From Mobula hypostoma (Eukaryota): a stretch of DNA of 64,000 bases. The first letter of the stretch is position 1, and every line of letters begins with the position of its first letter. Both the position numbers and the translations under genes were made by a program. The notes under the pieces were generated by a model. The model made no database searches. It worked only from the letters and a program-made list of their open reading frames with translations, and was not told the DNA's origin. Positions 25,403-36,839 of this stretch are shown here, piece after piece. The DNA lies in the NCBI RefSeq assembly GCF_963921235.1, contig NC_086097.1, positions 26,786,001-26,850,000 on the forward strand, in the 5' to 3' direction.

Positions 25403-26299
25403 TCCTCAGCAGTATCTACATGAGGTGCTGCCTCTGCAAGGCGACATCTAACAATGAACCTCAACACCTGCAGCATGCCATCTTCTTGAAGCTATTTGGT
25501 GGAGGTACAGAAGCCACCAGATTCAACGACTAGGATGAGTGAGCTATGGGCAATTCCATTCAGCCATTTAGTTCTTGAACCCATCTGCACACCCCTAATC
25601 ACTCTCAGCATAGCAGCACGATGATCACTTTGTACTGCAGTGGACCTGATTACTTCTTGTGCTAATTGTGTTCTTACATAATTTGTTTTTGTTGTGAACG
25701 CTGTGTACCTGATGTGCCTAAGATGCTGCTGCAAGTCAGTTTTTCATTACACCTGCGCAAACATGTCCTAGTGCATATAATTAACCAATTTCTTGGAGAA
25801 AGCACATGCAAAAACCACATTAAGGATCACTCTGAAATTATGGCATTATGGATAGCATAATTATGGATAAACTAAAATAAGAACTGGTCTTCAGGAAATA
25901 AAACCTGTATACAATTTAACTTCCAACTGATTTTTCGCAGCGAGTGAAACCAATCATTCTCATTCTGTCTCATTAAAATTGCATAGGGAAATACAATAAA
26001 TCAATGTTCCTGCTATTAGCAAATTGTTAAAGGTGTATCCCTGCCACTTAATGCACAGTTCAAGACACATCTGTTTTGTCACTTAACCTTCTGGTTAGTT
26101 GTATATTCATGAAGCCATCCCTCAGCACTAACCAAAGAGATGTATTTTGTGTGTCTGGCTATTGAAGCAGACACTAGTATTGAATATCCAAAGGGGCTCT
26201 GCTAGTTGCGATGTGCTGCAATTGTAAATTTATCTGACTATATTCCTAATGTTAAAGTTAAGCATTAGCTATTAGCACATCAGTGTTACTTATTTAGTC

Positions 26300-26810
26300 A
26301 TAAAGTACAACAGGCCATTCGGCCCATCTAGCCCATGCCGAACCAATTAAACTGCCTACTCCCACTGACCTGCAATGGTACCATAACCGCCCATACCCCT
26401 GCCATCCATGTATCTATCCAAACTTCTCTTAATCATTGAAATCGAGATCGCATAGACCACTTGTGCTGGCAGCTCATTCCACATTTTCACGACACTCTGA
26501 ATGATGAGTTTTCCTCTCACATCCCCTCAAGCTTCTCACCTTTCACCCTTAAGCCATGACCTCTGGTTCTAGTCCCACTCAACCTCAGTGGAAAAAGCCT
26601 GCTTGCATTTACCCTACCTATACCCCACATAATTTTGTATTCCTCTATCAAATCTCCTCTCAACCTTCTACATTCCAGGGAATAAAGTCCTAACCTGTTC
26701 AATATTTCTTTATAACTCGGGTCCTCCAGACGTGGCGACATCCTTGTAACTTTTCCCCGTACTCTTCTAACCTTGTTTTTCATCTTTCCTGTGGGTAGGT
26801 GACCAAAACA
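26300..26810 (-). mobile_element. CR1 3' fragment
   Basis: LEDPSYKEILNRLGLYSLECRRLRGDLIE. Confidence 0.75.
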
Positions 26811-27391
26811 TGTCACATGTATGTTTTGACATACATTTGTCACATGCACATCCGAACACACAGTGAAATGTCTCATTTGCGACAATCAGTGAGGACTGTG
26901 CTGGGGTCAGCCTGCAAGTTTAGCCATGCTTCCAGTGCCAACGTAGCATGCCCACAACTCACTAACCTTAACCTGTACGTCTTTGTAGTGTGAGAGGAAA
27001 CCGGAGCACCCGGACGAAACCCACGCAGTCATGGGGAGATCGCACAAATTCTTTAGGCACAGCAATGGGAATCAAATCCCAATCGGTGATCACTGGTACT
27101 GTAAAGTGCTATTACACTAACTGCTACACTGCCGTGCCATCATAAAAGTAGGTGACATAACAATTGAAACTGTAGTTAATTGTTTATTGTTATCTTTGCA
27201 TTGAACATTACATCAGAGGAGTGAGATTCTTTGGAATTCACCTGGACTCGCTCGCTCATGGAGGTTTGTTATGTGAATTAAGACTTACTGCATATTTCCC
27301 AGTGACACCTTCCGTGTTGTTTTGTTCACAACAAGCCGCATCACTGAGCCCAACTAAGGAGCTATCTTGCTGAAATCTTGTGACAACCTAC

Positions 27392-27482
27392 CTGAAGGCT
27401 TCAAGCACCGTTTGGTCAGGCAGATGGGGGGTGACTTTTGCAAACGCTCTCTTAAAATCCTCCACTGTCAGAAAATTTCGAC
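27392..27482 (-). CDS. EFCAB11: EFCAB11 exon 5 (CRNFLTVEDFKRAFAKVTPHLPDQTVLEAF-R)
   Basis: catttccag| acceptor and CAG|gtaggt donor, 91 nt; matches recalled human [30 protein letters not shown]. Terminal exon not found in the window. Confidence 0.93.
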
Positions 27483-27769
27483 CTGGAAATGAATCAGAGG
27501 CAATTTGTCATCCATCTAGCATCTCCCACTAAGTATGTCAAAGGAGCATTCTCTGAACAAAATATTATCAAAGTTAGTACAGGTCACCAAAAGCTTGGTC
27601 AGAAAAGGGCAAAGAAAGGAAAGCTGGATCAGCATTTCGATAAAGGGTGGCGTGGTGGTGAATATCTGGGATATCTTGGGATGACCTGTAGCCACACTGC
27701 TCTGTTAATGCATTACTTGGATGTGGGCAAGATTGGGATTGATTTTGAGTCATGAAGCTATGGGGCTGC

Positions 27770-28025
27770 ACGGGAGCTTAGAGGTTAGTGTGACGCTTTA
27801 CAGCTCAGGGTTCGATTCCCACTGCTGTCTGTAAGGAATTTCTACGTTTTCCCCGTGACCGCGTGGTTCTCCTCTGGGTGCTGTGGTTTTCTCCCACTGT
27901 CCAAAGACATGCGGGTGAGGGTTTTTAAGTTGTAGGCATTCTACGTTGGCATCAGAAGAGTGGTGACACTTGCAGGCTGCCCCCGGCACATCTTTAACAC
28001 AAACAATGCACTTCACTGGATGTTT
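27770..28025 (+). mobile_element. tRNA-derived SINE-like repeat (further copies near 19070-19290, 26830-27140, 36335-36635, 39080-39360, 40210-40500, 40800-41070)
   Basis: B-box-like GGTTCGATTCCC followed by a core TCCCCGTGACCGCGTGG...TTTCTCCCAC...CCAAAGAC that recurs across the window. Confidence 0.65.
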
Positions 28026-28136
28026 CAAATTTCTAAGGGGGGCATAGCCAGTGGGAGCTAATCCCACAGGCCTGTATCACTTTAAACCTTCCCTTTGCAT
28101 GTACCTGTATGTAAGGGGTTTCTTCTTTCATGTTAC

Positions 28137-28175
28137 TGCGAGAGGTCCTGGCTTCAAATCCCGGACGAGCCCCCA
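28137..28175 (+). other. 3' half of tRNA-Pro including CCA (read as an extended PBS on the minus strand)
   Basis: TGCGAGAGGTCCTGGCTTCAAATCCCGGACGAGCCCCCA, 37/39 match to the recalled vertebrate tRNA-Pro 3' half plus CCA; minus strand reads LTR...CTACA-TT-TGGGGGCTCGTCCGGGAT. Confidence 0.9.
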
Positions 28176-28873
28176 AATGTAGCCCCCTGGTAAGCCTCAG
28201 GCTCGCTCAACTTGCTTTCGTCTAGGGGGAGCAGCCTTCAGCCCCGCCAAACTGGGTAATCAAGTTTGCGTGGATGCTGTGTGATGTACCCCACCCCACC
28301 AAATAACAGACAATACACCATATGCGATTAAATGATTACACTTTATAGATCTTACTGGAACTACGTAATTAATAGTGATAAAATATAAAAGGAAAATAAA
28401 AGGCGTCAAACTTATCAAAGTTCAACCACTTTGTGCACAACCATTCCTGCAGACACAAAAACCCAATCCAGATACAAACAGTCACATTGCTCCCAAACAG
28501 TAAACTTTATGCCCTGTTCCACAGGCACTACATAGGCCAACCTATCTGGGAGATCCTCCGAGACCTCTATAACCCCTCACCTAAGCCCCTCAGGCTCGGA
28601 CACTACTGGGGATACCTCCGGTCTGCTTGCCAACTCCTCTCTCACCATGCCCCCATTGCAACTCGGAGCCCCCGTCCTGTGTCCAGGGCCCCGCTTCTTT
28701 TCCTCAGGGTCCTGCTGTAACCCAGGCTGCCCACAGCTAGCCCTCCCCACTACACCTGACTCAGTGGGAGAAGGGCCAAAAGTCTCTTCCTCAATCAAGG
28801 GGAAGTTAGCGAAAGGCAGCATGTACCACACATCCAGCACATCATCCTTCGAATCCGTATTCTTCCTCATTCC

Positions 28874-29080
28874 CTCGATCGGTAGCTGCTGTTTGGTTTT
28901 CTCCAAACTAAAGCACTTAGCCTGGGCTGCCTCTGCATCCTCTTCAGCCTCCTGCAGTCGAGACGTCAGCTTCTTCTCTGATTCCTCCAACTCCCGCCCC
29001 AGTCTCAGCAGTTCTGACCCACGCTTCATGTCCATCTCCATCGGGGACGCAATTACACCACCAGCTTCTTCCAATCTGTT
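28874..29080 (-). pseudogene. Captured sarcomeric myosin heavy-chain rod fragment
   Basis: NRLEEAGGVIASPMEMDMKRGSELLRLGRELEES-EKKLTSRLQEAEEDAEAAQAKCFSLEKTKQQLPIE resembles the MYH segments ERLEEAGGATS.QIEMNKKREAE..K.RRDLEEA and ELEEAKKKLAQRLQEAEE.VEAVNAKC.SLEKTK.RLQ.E. Confidence 0.8.
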
Positions 29081-29130
29081 CTGGATCGATTTTTTGAGGC
29101 TGAAGAGGCTGCAGAGGCAGCCCAAGCTAA

Positions 29131-29641
29131 AAGCTGATTTATACTTGTGCATCAACTCGATGCCGTAACCTACGCAAGAGACCTACGCGCGTTGTGAGCA
29201 TTTATACTTGTTCATTTGTGTGTCTGCGTTGCTCTGCAATTCGCGCACGTCACTCATGCGCACACACCTGCCCACGCAAGGCTTCATGGTCATGGTAGTC
29301 TTTCTAGGGGTAAACACGAAGCGAGCTTCTTTTTTCGTAAAAGTGAAATGTGTCCTCCATAATTTCGGAGGTCTGTAAAGCTTTACGGAAAGCATTGCAG
29401 CCAGAGTTCCTTCCCTGCCCTTCAGTCGCCCAATGGGAAGCTATTGCAGTGTAGGAGGAAAAGCGATGCTACCAAGCGGACCTGTCATAGTTGTTGCGGT
29501 CTGTGTTGCCGCGATGCGTAGTTACATTTTGGGAGAGGTGCGCGTCAGGCTATGGCGTAGGGATCCACGTAGGCTATGGGTAGGGTTCACGGCTATGCCG
29601 TATCTACTGTATCAAGTTGACGCAGAAGTATAAATCAGCCT
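29131..29641. mobile_element. PIF/Harbinger-like MITE
   Basis: TIR A(A/G)GCTGATTTATACTT(G/C)TGC(A/G)TCAACT; flanked by TAA and TTA; the empty site GCTAAGTGC is visible in the opposite arm (about 28913-28921). Confidence 0.8.
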
Positions 29642-30681
29642 TTAGTGCTTCAGTTTGGAGAAAATCAAACAGCAGCTACCGATCGAGGGAATGAGGAAGA
29701 ATATGGATTCGAAGGATGATGTACTGGATGTGTGGTACATGCTGCCTTTCACTAACTTCCCCTTGATTGAGGAACAGACTTCTGGCCCTTCTCCTACTGA
29801 GTCAGGTGTAGTGGGGAGGGCTAGCTGTGGGCAGCCTGGGTTACAGCAGGACCCGGAAGGAAAAGAAGTGGGGCCCTGGACATGGGACAGGGGGCTCCGA
29901 GTTGCAGTGGGAGCATGAGTGAGGGATTGAGAGAGGATTTGGCAAGCAGACCGGAGGTATCCCCAGTAGTGTCCGAGCCTGACGGTCTCGGAGGATTAGG
30001 AAACTCCCAGATAGGTTGGCCTATGTAGCCCCTGGGGAACAGGGCGTAAGGTCTACTGTTTGGGAGCAATGTGACTGTTTGTACCTGGATTGGGTTTTTG
30101 TGTCTGCAGGAATGGTGGTGCACAAAGTGGTTGAACTTTGTTAAGTTTGGTGCCTTTTATTTTCCTTTGATATTTTATCTCTATTAATTACATAGTTCTG
30201 GTAAGATCTATAAAGTGTAATCATTTAATCGCATATGGTGTATTGTCTGTTATTTGGTGGGGTGGGGTACATCACACAGCATCCACTCAAACTTGATTAC
30301 TAGCTTGGCGGGGCCAAAGGCTGCTCCCCCTAGACGAAAGCAAGTTGAGCGAGCCTGAGGCTCACCAGGGGGCTACATATACACATGTTTTAAATGTAGT
30401 AATTATACCCACCTAGCAGCTCATTTTATTTACCCATGACTTTTCTTCAAAAAACAAGCCCCTCTGGTCCCTTTTAATTCACTGCTCGTCTCCTTATCTT
30501 AAACCTAAGCTGCTTAGTTCTGGACTACCCTACTCTCTGGGAAAAACTGTGACTATTTACTTTAATGGCCCTTATGATTTCCTAAACCTTTGTAAGCTCA
30601 CCTCTCAACTTCCTAAACTCCTGGCATGTCTAGTCTCTCCGTATAGCCTGGCCTGCAGTCAGTGAATGACACAGCACCAAA

Positions 30682-30712
30682 TTGAACTGAACTGAACTGA
30701 ACTGAACTGAAC
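30682..30712 (+). repeat. (TGAAC)n microsatellite
   Basis: Direct reading of the sequence. Confidence 0.9.
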
Positions 30713-31242
30713 ATTCCCTCCACAAATTGAACGACAAATTGAACTGAACTGAACAGCCCTGGACTGTTTCAATGACTCTGTGGTCTGATGTTTTATATTC
30801 TGGGTTTATTGTCGTTTTTTGCTGTTTGCCGATTTGTGTTTTTTTTTTGACCATTGGGTGTTTGATGTTTTTCTTTGAACAGTTTCCACGGTTTTCTTTG
30901 TTTCGTGGCTGTCTGTGAAAAGATGAATCTCAGGGTTGTATACCACATACATACTTTGATAATAAATGTACTTTGAACTTTAATTGCTCCTGCAGTCTGG
31001 ACCCAAGGAAGAAACATCACCAAGCAATACCGTTTGAACCCTTGAACGCAGCAGCATGTGTGAATAGTGCTGACATTAGGAACATCAGAACACAGAACAG
31101 GCCCTTCAGCTTATGATGCTGTGCCAACCTTTTAACCTAATCCAAAATCATCTAATCCTTCCCTCCACCATAGCACTCCACTTTACTTTCATCCACGTGC
31201 CTATCTAAGAGTTTCTGAAATACCGAGATGTATTTGCTTCTA

Positions 31243-31575
31243 CATTCGACCTTCACTGATCTGACTACCTGTAATCCAGTTCCTTTGATAATCCAGCACT
31301 GATTATGCTTCATGTGATCCTTCTGTAATTCGGGATTTTCACTAAACCGGCACTCCTCAGGTCCCAGTGGTGCCAGATTAGTGAAGGTTAGCTATTGCTT
31401 CATGTGATCCTTCTGTAATTCGGGATTTTCACTAAACCGGCACTCCTCAGGTCCCAGTGGTGCCAGATTAGTGAAGGTTAGCTATTGCTTCATGTGATCC
31501 TTCTGTAATTCGGCATTTTCACTAATCCGGCACTCCTCAGGTTCCAGTGGTGCCGGATTAGTGAAGGTCGACCTG
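31243..31575. mobile_element. Tc1/mariner-superfamily MITE with about 3 internal 90-bp tandem copies
   Basis: TA-CATTCGACCTTCACTGATC ... GATTAGTGAAGGTCGACCTG-TA; unit TGCTTCATGTGATCC... recurs at about 31306, 31396 and 31486. Confidence 0.75.
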
Positions 31576-32115
31576 TACCACCAGCCCGGCAGGGCATTCC
31601 ATGCACCCACTACTCTGTGTAAAGAACTTACCTTTGACACCACACCCCATACTTTCCTCGAATCACCATAAAATTATGCCCCCTTGTATTAGCCATCTCT
31701 GCCCTGGGAAAAAGTATTTGGCTACCTACTCTCTCTATGCCTCTTATCATCTGGTACACATCTATCAAGTCACCTGTATTATCCTCCTTTGCTCCAAAGA
31801 GAAAAGCCCTAGTTCGCTCAACCTCATAAGACATGCTCTCTAATGCAGGCATTGATTGTATGTTCTAGTATCAATTGTTTGGCGACAATAAAATATAAAG
31901 TAAAACATTCTGGTAAATCTCCTCTGCACCCTCTCTGAGGCTTCCACATCCTTTCAATAATGAGGCGACCAGAACTGAACACAATACTCCACGTGTGGTC
32001 TAACAAGAGTTTTGTAGAGCTGCAGCAGGCCAAAAGGAAACAGACCTTTGGGGAAGAGGCAGTAAGAAAACACTAGCACAAGCTGCAAGTGCATGGCCAG
32101 GTGAAATAAACCTAC

Positions 32116-32217
32116 AGTGTACATCAAACGCTGAGAAGATCTGCCTCGCCTCTTCATAGCCGTCCAGAGCTGCCAGCTTTCTGCACATGAGGTTTGTGAA
32201 TTGGTCCAGGGATAAGC
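32116..32217 (-). CDS. EFCAB11: EFCAB11 exon 4 ([35 protein letters not shown])
   Basis: cctttatag| acceptor and |gtaggt donor, 102 nt; RQIFSAFD corresponds to recalled human RHIFTAFD. Confidence 0.93.
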
Positions 32218-33759
32218 CTATAAAGGAACAGGACACAACAAGTAAGCCACACAAGCCATCCCCCTTCTAACTCCTTGCCAGCCAGTAACATTTCACTTTC
32301 CCGAAGTTCCAAAACAAGTCAAATTCAGGTTTGTTATCATGTGCGCAAGTCCATGTTTGCACAGGTGTGATGAAAAACTTACCTGCAGCAGCATCGCAGA
32401 TGAATTTTATCAGCAGCATTCACAAAAAAATCAAATTAAACAAAAATTATACACATATTTTTACAAGAAAACAGTCAGAACAATAGAACACCATTTCAAC
32501 AACAAAGTGATCAAAGTGGTCATAGTGTTGCCATACTGCAGTGATCAGGGTTGTGTTGGTTGGATCAACAACCGAATGGTCGAAGGGAAGCAACTGCTCC
32601 TGAACCTGGTGGTGTGGGACTTCGGTGTCCGTACCTGCCTAATGGTAGCTGTGAGAAGATGGCATCGTTTGGACGGGGGGTCTTTGATGCTGCATTCTGC
32701 CTCTTACAGATACTATCGACGGTGGGGAGGACCATGCCTATAATGTATTGGGCAGAGTCTACATGTCCAAGTGTGGCTGGGGTGAGGTCATCTGGCAAGA
32801 TGGCCCTGACATACATTGGTCAAACCAAGATATCTTTCTTCTGTAATGTTCAGGAGTGACATCAGGGCGACTCCTCTCCTCTGCTTGCATCTTTGGAAAC
32901 GGTTTTATTTCTACCTTTAATATCTTTACTTTTCCCTTTCAGGGTTCTTTTGAAGACCCTGACCTGGAGTTACACGCAGGCTTCGGTTCTTAGCGGGAAT
33001 GGGACCCGTTCTCGGGGTTCCACAACTGGCTGCTATTTGACAGGCCAAGGGTCTGGCCTGAGAATCTCGATTGTGTTCGGAGGCCTAAGATCTTGGGGCT
33101 CTGGAGACGGGCGGATCGAGGGTCGGTGTCATGGCAGGAGACTCGTGTGTCGTTGGGGAGGCCAGAAAATCTTTCGCTGTGGACCCAAAGACCCGAGGTC
33201 TTTGCGATCTTCGGACACAGAGCTCGGAAAAAGCAACAAAACGGACTTTTAACATCGTAAACCAGCAGGTTGTTGTTATGTCTCCCATTCACTGTGAAAA
33301 TGGGGGACACCTCCCTCTTCCTTGCCAGGGAGAGAGAGGGTGTCAAATTTTGGATGAAATGCGGAGCCTTTGGTGTAACTTTGGTCTGTGTCTTTGCTAC
33401 CGCTGAGCACACGTTTGGGCGTGGTGATGGTACTGATGAGTGTTTGTTTTGCTGGTGGGGGAGGGGGGATTGTTGCTCACCACCGCTTACGTGCGGGAGG
33501 GGGGAGCTGGGGGGGGGACTTTGGGGTTCTCACGTTTAACTGTCGTTCATTCTCTGGGGCACTCCTCTGCTTTTGTGGAAGTTTGCGAAGAAAAAGCATT
33601 TCAGAACGTATATTGTATACATTTCTCTGACATTAAATTTGACCTTTGAGCCTTTGAGAGTGAACTGCAGAAACAATAGGGAATCTTAAACAAGCTCAAG
33701 GTTTGTGAGTGAAACAGGACAGAAGACACATATTTAAATCACCGTTATAAATATATCCT

Positions 33760-34220
33760 AAGACTCCACTCAACCCCATTCTCCTGCCTTTTCCCTGTAA
33801 TCTTTGACACTCTTACTAATTAAGAACCTATCGACCTCCACTTTAAATATACCCAATGACTTGGCCTGCACAGCCATGTGTGGCAGAGAATTCCACAGAT
33901 TCATCACCCTCTGGCTAAAGAAACTCCTCATCTCTGTTTCAAAGGGACATCCTTCCATTCTGCAGCTGTGCCCCCTGGTCCTAGACTCCCCTTCTATTGG
34001 AAGCACCCTCTGCATGTCCACTCTATCCCGGCCTTTCACTATTTGATAGGTTTCAATGAGATCCCTCCTCGTTTTTCTAAAATCCAGCGAGTACAGGACC
34101 AGAGCCATCAAACACTTCTCAGACGTTAATCTTTTCATTCTCGGGATCATTCACGTGACTCTTCTCTGGAACCTCTCCAATGTCAGCACATTTTTCCTTG
34201 GATAAGGATCACAATGCTGC
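33760..34220 (-). mobile_element. CR1 3' fragment
   Basis: RDLIETYQIVKGRDRVD...FFSQRVMNLWNSLP. Confidence 0.8.
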
Positions 34221-36192
34221 TCACAATGCTCCAAATGTGGTCTGGCCAAAGACAGCTTGCAGACACTCACGTGGTACTGCACGTCCAGTTCTCTGGTTCA
34301 TTGGCGAGGTTGGCAGTGGGGGATCTGCGTTGCCTCGGGTGTTACATGGTCCAGGTCCTCATGCCATGGTATCACTTGTTGCAGCCAGCCGCCTAGGAGA
34401 AGAAATGCTGGAGGCAGTGTGGGAGAGAGCAGAGGAATTCATACTGGGTTGGGAACTGGCACCTCCCATCAGTGCTGCCCTCCAGTGTTCCCTCAGTGGA
34501 AGACAAGCTGGATTGCGTTTGTCTGTGGCTGCACTGGCACGTGATGAGGAACTGCTGCATACCTGTTCTTGCAGAAACATGGCTCCAGGACAACATTTAT
34601 GCTCCATCAATCTACAGGCATAACAATTAGGGACTTGGATCTATATTGTTTTTGTGACTGTATGTTTTTCTGCTATCATAACTGTATGTGCTGTGTGCTG
34701 TGAGTGACTGTTGGTTCTGTGTTTTGTACCTTGGTCTTGGAGGAACGCTGTTTTGTTTGGCTGTATTCATGTGTATGGTTAAATGACAATTAAACTTTAA
34801 CTTGAACGTGGAGTGCTCACAGTACTGAAGGAGAGCTGCACTGCAGGGAGAGCTGACTTTCAGACAAGAGATTAAACTGTCCTCTCCTTTCAGATTCCTT
34901 CTTCTTCAGCCCTTTAACTCTTCAATCTATCACCTCCCAGCTTCTCACTTCATTGCCCCATCCACCTTCCCCTGGTTCATCCACCTGGTCTCACCTATCA
35001 CCTCCCAGCTTGTACTCCTTCTCCTCTTCCTACTTTCATGTTCTGGTTTCTGCGCGCGCCCCCCCCCCACCCCCACTTTCCGTTCCAGTCCTGGTGAAGG
35101 GTTCAGCCCAACATATCAACTGTTTATTCTTCTATCTAGATGTTGCCTGGCCTGCTAAGTTCCTGCAGCTTTTTGTGTTGCCCTGGGTTTCCAACATCTG
35201 CAGAATCTCTGATGTTAAAGGGTAAACCAAGCCTTATTTATTTTGACTCATAATTCTTGATTCCTTCATCCAGTTCATTCAAACTAGATGGATTTTGGCC
35301 ATTTTATCCCACATAATTACAACATAGAATATTAAAACACAGTACAGGCCCTTTGGTCCACAATGTGCCGATCTTTTAACCTACTCTCAGATCAACTTAA
35401 CCCTTCCCTCTTCATTGCCTTCCATTTTTCTACCATCCAAGATATCTAAGAGTCTCTTAAATGTCCTTAATGCATCTGCCTCTACCTCCACCTTGGCTTT
35501 CACATACCCATCACTCTGTGTAAACATGCTACCTCTGCCATCTCCCTGTACTTACTGCCTAAGTAGGTGACCAATTAACCTTCGAGGTCATACGTCTTTG
35601 TAACGTGGGAGGAAACCGGAGCACTAGGAGGAAACCCACATAGTCACAGGGAGAATGTACAAACTGCTTAAAGACAGGGATGGAAATTGAACCCGGGTTG
35701 CTGGCATTATAATATATAACGCTAAGCCTTACGGTACCGATTGCCACTCATTCCTTTTATCAAAATTAACTTCATTCATAATAAAAAAGATCTTTACAAG
35801 CATAAACTTTGCAAGGCCTTTTCATTCTTACATTCAAGTTTAATTGTCATCCAACCATACACATGAATGCAACCAATGTATCTGATCCATAATGTATCTG
35901 CCTGTACCATCACCCCTGGCAGTGTGTTCTGTGTAGCCACCAACCTCTGTAAAAAAATACTAAACTCTGACATCCCCCCTAAACTTTTCTACAATCACTT
36001 TACAATTATGTCCCCTTTTCTGCCATGAGAAAAGGTCGCTGGCTGTCCACTCAATCTACGCCTCTTATCATCTTGGTACACCTCGATCAAGCCACCTCTC
36101 ATCCATCTTTGCTCCAAAGAGGAAAGTCCAAAATGCTCACCTTTGCCCAATGTAATTCTTCCCTTTAAGCTGGAGTATTAAGTGGTACTGAC

Positions 36193-36241
36193 CTGGTAAT
36201 TGTTTCTCACGCACTGAAGCCAGCAGTATGTCTGTCTCCAC
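36193..36241 (-). CDS. EFCAB11: EFCAB11 exon 3 (VETDILLASVREKQLP-G)
   Basis: gttacag| acceptor and CAG|gtcagt donor, 49 nt, phase 0 to 1, bridges exons 2 and 4 in frame. Confidence 0.85.
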
Positions 36242-36839
36242 CTGTAACAGGTAATAATAGGTTCATTGACGTCCTGCAATAATTCAAGGCAACAGCAGAT
36301 GTGAGCCAGGACTGAAATAGAGCTCACAGATTTAAAGATTAGCTACATTTGTCACACTTACATCAAAACATACAGTGAAATGTGTCATTTACGTCGATGA
36401 CCAACAGTCTGAGGATGTGCTGGGGGTGGCCTGCAAATGTCATCATGTTTCTGGTGCCAGCATAGCATGTCCACAACTCACTAACCCTCACCCTGTACAT
36501 CTTGGAATGTGGGAAGAAACCGGAGCACCTGAAGGAAATCCAAATGTCATCCAAACTCCTTAAAGACAGTAACAAGAATGGAAGCCTGGTTGCTGGCACT
36601 ATAAAGTGTTATGCTATCGGCTACAGTACCGTGCTGCCCGACCCTTCCTAATGACACCAGAAACAAACAGGAACAGAGCAGCCTGCCCCATTGGCACCTC
36701 ACCTTAAACCTTCACTGCCTGCCACCATCACACAGTGGCTACTATGTGTACCATCTACAAAATGCACTGCAGACATTCACCTGGGTTACTCCATAACAAG
36801 TTGATGGGGTTACTATGTGTATGCTATGTTGCCTTCATT

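Larger units (their letters stand above)
28110..30377. mobile_element. Rearranged fold-back LTR-element insertion
   Basis: TG...CA termini; TGTA/TATA near-TSD within an interrupted CR1-type tail; inverted arms 28178-28951 and 29096-30377; tRNA-Pro PBS adjacent to the inverted LTR end. Confidence 0.85.

Noticed and set aside
1..27391. EFCAB11 terminal exon (EVDRDSDGHVSF-like)
   Set aside because: No matching minus-strand sequence found by eye; presumed outside the window
28137..28175. Functional tRNA-Pro gene
   Set aside because: Only the 3' half is present, with encoded CCA; no D-arm or A-box
28577..29155. 192-aa ORF as a real myosin gene exon
   Set aside because: Embedded in an LTR element, starts within a MITE TIR, is chimeric, and no other myosin exons are present
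28178..30377. DNA transposon with long TIRs
   Set aside because: The arms are LTR 3' ends (similar to the solo LTR at 526-1138, with an adjacent PBS), and the insertion boundary lies at 28110, outside the arm
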